Position numbers and translations under genes: made by a program
The notes under the pieces: model-generated
What the model was told of the DNA's origin: nothing
What the model saw: only the letters and a program-made list of their open reading frames with translations
Database searches by the model: none
IMG/VR virus record: IMGVR_UViG_3300028030_000006
Location: 29,611-93,610 of that record
Length of the DNA stretch: 64,000 nucleotides
Source: a virus
Taxonomy: Duplodnaviria > Heunggongvirae > Uroviricota > Caudoviricetes
Direction: 5' to 3' (one strand)
Shown: in pieces, positions 57,110-64,000 of the stretch
How the letters are laid out: each line of letters begins with the position of its first letter
How positions within the stretch are numbered: the stretch's first letter is position 1

Positions 57110-58879
57110 TTAGCTAAAGCCTTCTATAACTGTATTTATGTACTTTAATACTGCTGTATAATCACCAGGCATGATTTTTACTCCTTTACGTGGATTTGAC
57201 ATATAGATCGTTTTAATTCCCTGAGTTTTTTGACAATCTATATGTAAAGGTATATTTGAATTAAGAACAGAGGATAGTGCTTTAAATTCAATACCATATT
57301 CATCATATAGTATGTCTTTCAGTGGTTGATCACCTCGATACACACTAATAGAACGTCTATCCTTATACGCTACAAACTTAGTAGGATCAGGTAACGGCAG
57401 CGTTGTATGTTTAACCTCATCCACCTTAGCCACACCGCCAACTGTAAGCATGATAGTCCGTGAATCTAATACCTCTTTAACCTGTCTAGGGATTTTAGAG
57501 TACGAGTCTACTACAGGAAGGACAATATCTCCTTCCTTAAATGTATCTGTAACAGATACACTATTTACTGCAATAATATTTTCTGTAGTTACAGTAAACA
57601 TAGTATCACTAGACATTATAGTAATACCAGATACATCTATTGACCTAATAATACCACTGTGGATGATGGAAGTATTAGGATTGGTAAATGTTACATTATC
57701 ACCAACCTGTACAAGTAGATGACTAACAGAGTTGATAGATACTACAACACTGGTATTTTCTGCATATATATTTATAATATTCTGCTGTTGATCTACACTA
57801 ATTACCTCGAAAGTACCTCCTCGAAGGGTTTTAGGTATCTCTGGATCAAACCGTAACACAACTTTCTGGTTTGGTCTGATTTGCAGCCCTGGTGTATACT
57901 CTACAATTTCATCAAGTCGTTTGGATAACACATCCCCAGTAGAGTTTCTATATTTAATCTCATCATCACTTACCGATATAACTGTATAACATCTTGTAAT
58001 ATTCCTGAAGTATACTCGAGAGCCTACTGGCGGCTCTAATACACAATTTGACTCCCGCGCTTTAAGTTCTGGTAAAGGTTCATCACGTTGGTGATAGGAA
58101 ATAATTTCTTCACTAACAGCAGTTATTACACCTTTTTGTAACTCTGCATCTTTTTGATATACTTGTATATGATCACCAATACGAAATTTTGTGGACTCTG
58201 GTGGCATTTCTCCTCCTTTTTTAATATGTACTATTTTATTATTACGGACCCATGTAGTAGTCCCAGATGGTTGTTGTATTTTGAACATTCTCTTGAAGGC
58301 ATCTATCTCTCCAACAGTTACCTCATGAGCTATACCATCATCATAAAATAGTAGCTCATCATCAACTTGTGGCACTAGTGAGTGTACAAAAGATAAGTTT
58401 ATCCTAGTAATTTTGCGTGTTTTTGGATCTTGGACATCAAAATCTAATGATACGTCTGGCATAGAAACTACATTTACTACAGCTTGAGAGAATTCATGAG
58501 GGATGGAGACCAGTACACTCGAGTGTAATTTAATTTGGTCTCCAATATTCAACTGTAAAGGCTTGGGACACACTTCCCTAATACTGCCATAATCTTTAAT
58601 ATTTTCGTATAATAGAGTAGTAGAAGTAAATATGCCTCGAGTCCTAACATAATAACTTAAGTAGAAATAACGAATAGAGTCATCATAGTCAAATTTAACC
58701 TCATCACCAATGTCAGGTCTAAGCATTAGATGCTTAGTATCCCAGCGAGTTACCCCATGTTCTGGTATCTGTACGGTAACCACATCAGAATTTGTTGAAA
58801 GTATCGTGCCTATTGAGTCTGTTGACTTATTATATACCTTATTACCAACATGAAAAACTTTTGAAACTTCCGATGACAT
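57110..58879 (-). CDS. Large hypothetical protein built of repeated small beta-barrel-like (SH3/KOW/Tudor-like) modules. Translationally coupled to the RT.
   Basis: The 589-aa product has recurring '(V/I)GD.(V/I)...' modules: VGNKVYNK, IGDQIKLH, IGDHIQVY, VGSRVYFR, VGDNVTFT, EGDIVLPV. Its ATG lies 1 nt after the RT stop (TGAtATG), with a GAGG RBS inside the RT 3' end. Confidence 0.5.
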   Translation of the reverse strand: MSSEVSKVFHVGNKVYNKSTDSIGTILSTNSDVVTVQIPEHGVTRWDTKHLMLRPDIGDEVKFDYDDSIRYFYLSYYVRTRGIFTSTTLLYENIKDYGSIREVCPKPLQLNIGDQIKLHSSVLVSIPHEFSQAVVNVVSMPDVSLDFDVQDPKTRKITRINLSFVHSLVPQVDDELLFYDDGIAHEVTVGEIDAFKRMFKIQQPSGTTTWVRNNKIVHIKKGGEMPPESTKFRIGDHIQVYQKDAELQKGVITAVSEEIISYHQRDEPLPELKARESNCVLEPPVGSRVYFRNITRCYTVISVSDDEIKYRNSTGDVLSKRLDEIVEYTPGLQIRPNQKVVLRFDPEIPKTLRGGTFEVISVDQQQNIINIYAENTSVVVSINSVSHLLVQVGDNVTFTNPNTSIIHSGIIRSIDVSGITIMSSDTMFTVTTENIIAVNSVSVTDTFKEGDIVLPVVDSYSKIPRQVKEVLDSRTIMLTVGGVAKVDEVKHTTLPLPDPTKFVAYKDRRSISVYRGDQPLKDILYDEYGIEFKALSSVLNSNIPLHIDCQKTQGIKTIYMSNPRKGVKIMPGDYTAVLKYINTVIEGFS

Positions 58880-58880
58880 A

Positions 58881-59789
58881 TCAACGCCTCGCTCTCGGCT
58901 CTTTACATGAAGCCCACTCTATTAATCCTAATGTACGTGTAATATCTTGCTGATGTATCGCTTGGCGAAGTTGCATTTTAGTCTTTCTAGTACGATATAC
59001 CTGTGTATGATCTACCGCAACACCACAAATGATACGACGCATCCAAGGCTTATGCCCAAACTTTAATTTGGTCTTTTTAAAGTTAATCTTAAAGTTCGAC
59101 TCTTTTAAAAGATGATAAACGGTCTGCTTAATGGCTTCATAATCCATGCGATTGTTAAATGAGATCGTAATATCATCAGCATATACTGTCATACGTGCCT
59201 CAGAGGCTATTGTACGTACAGCATCATCTATTTGGTATGCTACCTCGATAAAGGCTATCGAAGCCAGTAAAGGACTTGTAGGAAGTCCTTGTCGGGTTAC
59301 ACCATTTAACAGACAATAATCGAGGATATCACTACTTATAGATAAGTTGTCAAACCTTTCTCGTGTAATTTGGTCGAAGAAGTTTTTCATGTCGAATTTC
59401 GCCGAATAGTTATACCCAATATGAGCTTTAGCATTTGTAACCGCATTGTAATTACTACGAAAGGCGTGAAACATTCCTCGTGTATCCATCAGAGACAGAA
59501 TTTGCTCAAGGTTTGGCAATAAGGATTGTAGTTTATGCTTATACTGGGTATTTGGAGCATATACATAGCGATAAGACCCATTACCTTTATCTATACGATG
59601 TACTTTACATGCTTTACACAACACTGTTGCTGTAAGTAGGTATGCAGCCTGCTTTGGCGTTTTATTTGTAATGTCATGAGTAGCTCCGTCAATAGTAATG
59701 ACATTATTATCTTCGTCGATCGTGACTTCAGGGTTGAAGCGGTAACGCCACTTCAACTCTTTCCAATCTTTGATTTTAGAGTTCGACAT
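58881..59789 (-). CDS. Reverse transcriptase (small, retron/Abi-like domain set)
   Basis: RT motifs are in order: 'GMFHAFRSNYNAVTNAKAH' (NAxxH), 'FDMKNFFDQI' (motif A Asp), 'QGLPTSPLL' (QGxxxSP), 'MTVYADDITISF' (YADD), 'INFKKTKL' and 'RRIICGVAVD'. The 302-aa gene has a strong RBS, AAGGAGGTAGT, before its ATG. Confidence 0.75.
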   Translation of the reverse strand: MSNSKIKDWKELKWRYRFNPEVTIDEDNNVITIDGATHDITNKTPKQAAYLLTATVLCKACKVHRIDKGNGSYRYVYAPNTQYKHKLQSLLPNLEQILSLMDTRGMFHAFRSNYNAVTNAKAHIGYNYSAKFDMKNFFDQITRERFDNLSISSDILDYCLLNGVTRQGLPTSPLLASIAFIEVAYQIDDAVRTIASEARMTVYADDITISFNNRMDYEAIKQTVYHLLKESNFKINFKKTKLKFGHKPWMRRIICGVAVDHTQVYRTRKTKMQLRQAIHQQDITRTLGLIEWASCKEPRARR

Positions 59790-59790
59790 A

Positions 59791-60033
59791 CTACCTCCTT
59801 GGACGTAATGGGAATACTTTCCCTGAAAATACCATATATAGCTTCCAGAAAAATCCTTTGTTTGTGTCTATGCGCCACGTTGGGTGGTCGAGTGAGTATT
59901 CCCATTTACGTCTTTTGTTTGTGGAGTAGGACGTCCCGAACAGTCTAAATGTTCGAATTTTGTGGTGAGTTTCTATGAGTACAACACCTCGTTTAAAGGC
60001 GTCTCGCATTTCTTGTTGGTGTTTGGTATTCAT
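59791..60033 (-). CDS. Small basic protein (80 aa) overlapping the inverted-repeat element upstream of the RT. Coding status uncertain.
   Basis: RBS AAGGAGAAGTG precedes the ATG at 60033, and the TGATG overlaps the upstream gene's stop. The ORF spans the 59801-59912 dyad element. Confidence 0.35.
   Translation of the reverse strand: MNTKHQQEMRDAFKRGVVLIETHHKIRTFRLFGTSYSTNKRRKWEYSLDHPTWRIDTNKGFFWKLYMVFSGKVFPLRPRR
59801..59912 (-). ncRNA. Candidate retron-like msr/msd ncRNA. An 18-bp inverted-repeat pair (a1/a2-like) flanks 76 nt and ends 1 nt before the RT RBS.
   Basis: 59801-59818 'ggacgtaatgggaatact' is the reverse complement (one indel) of 59895-59912 'agtattcccatttacgtc'. The internal hairpin 'ccaccc aacgtgg' and its position directly 5' of the RT match retron geometry. 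The region is short and overlaps an ORF. Confidence 0.25.
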
Positions 60034-60512
60034 CACTTCTCCTTATTTATTATGTTCTGTATTGTGGTATTTATAGCATCCCAAAATAAGAATCCTTCAG
60101 GCGTATCTTTCCAAACGAACGCCTGTTTTAAGGTAAGGTTCTCCATATTTGACATTTCCGCATACTTAATATGTGACTTTACAAGTCGCCAAACGCCTAG
60201 GCGTTTCAGTATACGTTTTTGCTCTTTGTTGAACGGGGTATAAGGTTTAAGTACTAAATCGTTTGGTAAACATATAGCTATCTTAGGACTAAACTCGCTA
60301 GGTTTTATCACTGAGTACTCAGCATATAACTCAATCAGTTCCGGGCTACTTGCAGCAGTAGCTAAATCACTGTACTTAGTACCATATTCTAACGTATCCC
60401 GCAAATCTACTACCCTTACGAGCAACTTAGTACTATCTAGTGTACATTTAAAGAAATGGCCAACGAATTTCGTCCAGTTTTTATCCATATATTGAGTTGT
60501 GTATTTATGCAT
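60033..60512 (-). CDS. Hypothetical protein, paralogue of the upstream gene
   Basis: The 159-aa product shares 'NWTKFVG..FK', 'WKDTPEG..FW..IN' with the 166-aa neighbour. Confidence 0.45.
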   Translation of the reverse strand: MHKYTTQYMDKNWTKFVGHFFKCTLDSTKLLVRVVDLRDTLEYGTKYSDLATAASSPELIELYAEYSVIKPSEFSPKIAICLPNDLVLKPYTPFNKEQKRILKRLGVWRLVKSHIKYAEMSNMENLTLKQAFVWKDTPEGFLFWDAINTTIQNIINKEK

Positions 60513-61005
60513 TTTCGTTCTCCTTAATATGTTTATTTATGTTAGCCCAGAAATTATACCCTTCCGGTGTGTCTTTCCAACAAAAAGCGCTTTGAAGTGT
60601 TATAGTGCTACTAATACTTCGGTAATCGTTAGTACGTTTTATATATTGATATATACGCTTTTTTGTGCGTTTCCATAATTTAAGACGTTTTAGGTTATGT
60701 TTTTCAGCCTTATCAAACTGAATTACCAACTCTAAACATATAATATCTGACAGACAGACAGACTTCTTGAGGTCTGTAACCCCTTCAGGTAAATATTCAG
60801 CATACGTAGGTTCGCCTGGCTCATTCTGATTCCTGTCCGTATATTCACGAATCGTACTAGTGGAATGTATTTCGTCGACGTCTACTAGTTTTAACACTTG
60901 TCCAAATTTTCTCGAGTCGGTAGGACTAACCACTTTAAAACGGCACCCTACAAATTTGGTCCAGTTGGCATCAAGTTGTGGAGCTGTCAATATTAACTTT
61001 TTCAT
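60505..61005 (-). CDS. Hypothetical protein, paralogue of the downstream gene (tandem duplication)
   Basis: 166 aa with RBS AAAAGGATAATACAATG. It is the first gene after promoter P2. Confidence 0.45.
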   Translation of the reverse strand: MKKLILTAPQLDANWTKFVGCRFKVVSPTDSRKFGQVLKLVDVDEIHSTSTIREYTDRNQNEPGEPTYAEYLPEGVTDLKKSVCLSDIICLELVIQFDKAEKHNLKRLKLWKRTKKRIYQYIKRTNDYRSISSTITLQSAFCWKDTPEGYNFWANINKHIKENENA

Positions 61006-61067
61006 TGTATTATCCTTTTATGTTTTTGTTTGATATTAGGTATGTGTATTATTAGGTAGGGTATTGA

Positions 61068-61150
61068 GTTACCTATTGGGTTACTTATTGGGTTACTTAT
61101 TGGGTTACTTATTACGCTACCTATTGGGTTACTTATTACGCTACCGTTTA
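61068..61150. repeat. Short tandem repeats (GGGTTACTTATT / ACGCTACCTATTGGGTTACTTATT) in the transcribed leader downstream of promoter P2
   Basis: Directly visible. The track ORF 61002..61193 merely translates these repeats (SNPI/SNPIG). Confidence 0.8.
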
Positions 61151-61202
61151 GCGTATCTCTATAGGTGTAAGTACCTATTACCTCTGCCGGCAATAGGTTT
61201 TT

Positions 61203-61231
61203 ATTATATCCAGATTTGAGCTTTTTGTCAA
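61203..61231 (-). promoter_or_regulatory. Consensus sigma-70 promoter P2 (TTGACA-17-TATAAT) directed into the - strand operon
   Basis: The reverse complement of 61203-61231 reads TTGACAaaaagctcaaatctggaTATAAT. It sits inside a ~140-bp element duplicated at 62456-62585. Confidence 0.7.
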
Positions 61232-61277
61232 GCGATTTCGCTTAAAACCATCTTAAATTTACAAATTTCAGGTAGAT

Positions 61278-61493
61278 TTAAGCCTTGACCATCGCTTTCG
61301 CTTTTGGTGTGAGGTAGTAGTCCAGACCTAACACCGTCTCCCGCAGCTCCAATAGTCCTGCTTGTATAGCTTTAGCCGGGCTTTTAACAAGCTTATTGTA
61401 AAGCTTGAATTGGCCTTTTAAGCTTGTACAACTTTCGCTATTTTCATGATGGTAGGTTTGAGACCCGCCTCCGACAAACTCTCCGGCTATCAT
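61278..61493 (-). CDS. Hypothetical protein (G+C-richer island gene)
   Basis: 71 aa. Codon composition is shifted relative to the rest of the window. Confidence 0.35.
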   Translation of the reverse strand: MIAGEFVGGGSQTYHHENSESCTSLKGQFKLYNKLVKSPAKAIQAGLLELRETVLGLDYYLTPKAKAMVKA

Positions 61494-61741
61494 TTCAAAC
61501 CTCCACAGTGTTTAGGGAAGCCATTACTATCGAGACGTGGTGTCATACCCGCCCCGTAACGAGATTCGAGAATTAAATATTCCCTATAACTTTGTGGGTC
61601 ACAATAAACTGTGACGTTATTGGGTCTATTGTACTGTTGAGGTGTTGTATATGATTCAGTATGTAGACCGCCCGCACTCTGACACGCTGAGAATGTCATA
61701 ATTATTGCGACGATGCCTAAGGCGTATTGATGTAGTTTCAT
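61490..61741 (-). CDS. Small lipoprotein (signal peptide plus lipobox FSAC)
   Basis: 'MKLHQYALGIVAIIMTFSACQSAGG' is a lipoprotein signal with the Cys at +1. The mature part is about 63 aa. Confidence 0.5.
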   Translation of the reverse strand: MKLHQYALGIVAIIMTFSACQSAGGLHTESYTTPQQYNRPNNVTVYCDPQSYREYLILESRYGAGMTPRLDSNGFPKHCGGLK

Positions 61742-61751
61742 GATATATCCT

Positions 61752-61979
61752 TTACTTGATTTCTTTTAATAGTTTGGTACAACGCTCCGCTTCTAGGCGG
61801 AATATCTCCCTATCGAGTTGAAGCGTTGTTTGTTCGGAGCGCCTATTTAGCAATTTTATGTGTACTCTCTCACAGACGTTCAGAGCTTCGCCAATAGTTG
61901 GTATATGCTTTACCCTTCGCAGAGCGATAAACTCCGCCTCAGGGAAGCATATACCACATTTAGACATACCTAATCCCAT
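61752..61979 (-). CDS. Small Cys-containing protein (possible TraR/DksA-like zinc finger; tentative)
   Basis: 'MSKCGICFPEAEFIALRRV...C' has a CxxC near the N-terminus. Length is 75 aa. Confidence 0.3.
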   Translation of the reverse strand: MGLGMSKCGICFPEAEFIALRRVKHIPTIGEALNVCERVHIKLLNRRSEQTTLQLDREIFRLEAERCTKLLKEIK

Positions 61980-62167
61980 AGTTCATCGAGCCGTGAGACA
62001 GGTTTCTTCGTAGTCGCCAAATCTTGACGCTTCTTAATAGTTAGGCGTCCTAGTTTTGCCGCCCTAGTTAGCGGCATTTTATTTTGAGGAGGTTTCGTGG
62101 TGTTTCGCTGCGCAGAGCGTTGGGTATATGGCTCCGCCCCTCTTATGTGGGTTCTACAGTTTATCAT
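61970..62167 (-). CDS. Hypothetical basic protein
   Basis: 65-aa ORF. It is the first ORF downstream of promoter P1, after a ~340-nt leader. Confidence 0.3.
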   Translation of the reverse strand: MINCRTHIRGAEPYTQRSAQRNTTKPPQNKMPLTRAAKLGRLTIKKRQDLATTKKPVSRLDELWD

Positions 62168-62384
62168 AATGATTCCTTTGTATAGTAAGAGCGATACGCT
62201 CTAAGTGACGAATAAGGTTCGTTTGGAGGCGTTAGTATCTAACGCGGACTAAAGGTGTTAAGAGATTTAATAATCCCTCCAGAGATACATATTTAGTAAC
62301 TTAATATGCTCGATAAGAATTGGAGACGGTTTATATAGGTTAGTAGGATATGTATCTATGTAAGGATTGTGAGGTACTGTGTAT

Positions 62385-62435
62385 ATTGAGCTACCTATTG
62401 GGTTCGTTATTGAGCTACCTATTGGGTTCGCTAAA
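62385..62435. repeat. Tandem repeat (GAGCTACCTATTGGGTTCG(T/C)TA..) in the P1 leader. Related to the P2 leader repeats.
   Basis: Two direct copies are present. They share the 'CCTATTGGGTT' core with 61068-61150. Confidence 0.75.
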
Positions 62436-62512
62436 CGGTATCATAATAAGTTAGCGTTTAGCGTATCTCTATAGGTGTAAGTACCTATTACCTCTGCCGG
62501 CAATAGGTTTTT

Positions 62513-62541
62513 ATTTTACCCAAATTTTCCGTTTTTGTCAA
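62513..62541 (-). promoter_or_regulatory. Near-consensus sigma-70 promoter P1 (TTGACA-17-TAAAAT) directed into the G+C-richer small-gene island
   Basis: The reverse complement of 62513-62541 reads TTGACAaaaacggaaaatttgggTAAAAT. It is in the same register as P2 within the duplicated element. A 57-bp stretch immediately downstream (62456-62512) is identical to 61146-61202. Confidence 0.65.
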
Positions 62542-62678
62542 GTGAAATCACTTAAATCTACCTGAAATTTGTAAATTTAAGCGTCCTCTAAGCTTATAGG
62601 ACGATTTCCGCCCACTTAGCCAACTTTGTTTCGAGCTTATCAAGCCAATCGTTTAAGGTTTTCATAAGGTTTCTCCTT

Positions 62679-62735
62679 CCCAGTTTTGGGGACGCCAAAC
62701 GCCCCAGTTTTGGGGACGCCAAACGCCCCAGTTTT
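62679..62735. repeat. 2.4 copies of a 24-bp direct repeat (CCCCAGTTTTGGGGACGCCAAACG), each forming a GGGG...CCCC hairpin
   Basis: Directly visible. Upstream of P1, in a non-coding region. Confidence 0.8.
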
Positions 62736-63252
62736 CATCCCATATTAAACCTTAAATTTAGCTTAAAAAGTTCGTGTAGGGTCGAAAAAATTCGAATGTT
62801 TTTCAAATTCCTTAAGCTACGATTAAGTTTATACTATAAGGAATTTTCGAGGTGGTTAAAAATTAAGCAGTCCGTGAATAGAAACTGCCTAAATTTTAAT
62901 CAGTTGGTTCGTTTCTTCTTTCGGCGATGAGGTTTCGCCTTTTTGCACCGAGGTGCTTTGATAATACCCCGAAACCTCGGTTTCGGGTTCAGCACTTCCT
63001 CGTGTTGATGCTGGTATCGCTGCAATGGTGAGCGGCAAGCCTCTCGGAACTCTGGGTCGTCCAGAAAGCGGTCGCCCAACTCCGAGAACGCTATCGTCCC
63101 GCGGTTGATATGGTATGACATAGGTGTACTCCTATATTGGTATATGTTCGATAAACGCCCCAATCTAGGGCGCTTGGTAGAAAATATGAAGATAACAGAC
63201 GGACGCGAAACGATACCATTTAACGATACCGAAACATCCGCCGAGCGGTAAT

Positions 63253-63310
63253 TGAAGCCCGCCCAAAGACGGGCGAATACTTGAAGCCCGCCCAAAGACG
63301 GGCGAATACT
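63253..63310. repeat. Two copies of a 29-bp direct repeat (TGAAGCCCGCCCAAAGACGGGCGAATACT), each containing a CGCCC/GGGCG hairpin
   Basis: Directly visible. Confidence 0.8.
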
Positions 63311-63876
63311 TGTACTAGAGCCCTCCGCTATGGGGCTGTTGGCAATTACATAATTCATCTCCAGAAAATTTCAAAACGCTTGCCGCTCCTCCCGCTAGGG
63401 GCGACCCAATAAAGGACGCGAAACGGTATGATATGAAATTTGTAGAGACCACCCCTTGCCGTTTTGGGGTGATAGAGATACGCTCTCTATGGGCGTTTGA
63501 CGCCATCGGCACTACTGCTCTAGGTGACGCCACGGGATTTATACCCACCCGCTAAGGGCACTGCCGCCAATCTATCTTAGTACCCGATACGATAACCAAC
63601 ATTTCATAGAAAACCGCTATTTGCCTTTTACCCCGTGTCGCTTCACGGGAAGATTATAGGCGGTTTGACTAAAACCACTAAGGTCAGTTGGCTATATTCT
63701 ATGCGTACATAATACGCCCCTAAAGCGGGGATATAGCCCTTCGTGGGCGGTTTTGACGGGTTGCCATAATCTTGGAAAATTCGGGGGTTGTCGTTAATCT
63801 TGGATAAATTTTTGACAGAAGTCGCCCTATCCTACTAAATAGGGCTTTGAATTTTTAAGTTAGATACAATTTATAA

Positions 63877-64000
63877 GCCATACGCTAAGCCATACGCTAA
63901 GCCATACGCTAAGCCATACGCTAAGCCATACGCTAAGCCATACGCTAAGCCATACGCTAAGCCATACGCTAAGCCATACGCTAAGCCATACGCTAAGCCA
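63877..64000. repeat. 12-bp tandem repeat (GCCATACGCTAA) with at least 10 copies, truncated by the window end
   Basis: Perfect copies run from 63877 to the last base of the window. Confidence 0.9.

Noticed and set aside
61002-61193. Track ORF encoding 'SNPIGSVISNPISNPISNPIG...'
   Set aside because: The peptide is just the in-frame reading of the short tandem DNA repeats in the P2 leader. The predicted transcription start site lies at or inside its start.
62900-63548. Track ORFs 62900..63358 (152 aa) and 63315..63548 (77 aa) on the - strand
   Set aside because: They lie entirely within the G+C-rich repeat and hairpin region. Their Arg/Ser/Pro-rich products and poly-basic tail (KKAKPHRRKKKRTN) look like translations of structured non-coding DNA. 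No RBS is present.

Overview
This 64 kb window reads as part of a large, AT-rich virulent phage genome, probably infecting a Gram-negative host. The lytic enzymes are GH108 with a PG-binding domain and a signal-peptide GH24 type. AAGGAG-type ribosome-binding sites are used. There are no rRNA or tRNA genes and no CRISPR array.

Layout:
- Positions 1-9809 (+ strand) carry two giant mosaic tail-fibre genes plus a virion lysin. The first fibre gene is 5'-truncated by the window start. The second fibre carries a C-terminal intramolecular-chaperone domain.
- From 9833 to about 62200, essentially every gene is on the - strand. This block is DNA metabolism, replication, recombination and accessory modules.
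- The DNA-metabolism genes found are: Mre11/Rad50 homologues, RuvC, a flap endonuclease, a DnaG-type primase and a DnaB-type helicase. Also present are a ClpP-like protease, a PIN-PhoH protein, class I ribonucleotide reductase NrdA/NrdB, ThyX, and a phage sigma-70-family factor. A family-A DNA polymerase is split by a roughly 1.7 kb intron-like insertion that carries a homing endonuclease and an endonuclease remnant. Downstream of it are an ATP-dependent ligase and a kinase-phosphatase-ligase (Pnkp-like) protein. Further along are an AAA+/vWA pair, an SF2 helicase and MazG.

The most unusual content is a translationally coupled operon at 57110-61005 encoding a small reverse transcriptase with a retron/Abi-like motif set (NAxxH, QGxxxSP, YADD). 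The RT gene is immediately preceded by an 18 bp inverted-repeat pair flanking 76 nt, which is retron a1/a2-like geometry. It is followed, 1 nt after its stop, by a 589-aa protein built of repeated small beta-barrel-like modules.

Other notable elements:
- A heptosyltransferase (GT9) plus NodU/CmcH-type carbamoyltransferase pair that could modify LPS core heptose.
- A Pnkp-like RNA-repair enzyme next to a ligase.
- A 5 x 21 bp iteron array with 'ACGTTTATA' repeats, a candidate origin or operator.
- Two duplicated elements, each carrying a perfect or near-perfect sigma-70 promoter (TTGACA-N17-TATAAT and TTGACA-N17-TAAAAT) firing into the - strand operons.
- A G+C-richer island of small genes that includes a lipoprotein.

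The last roughly 1.8 kb is non-coding, repeat- and hairpin-rich, and ends in a 12 bp tandem repeat of at least 10 copies that runs off the window edge. This may be an injection-stop, terminus or ori-type region.
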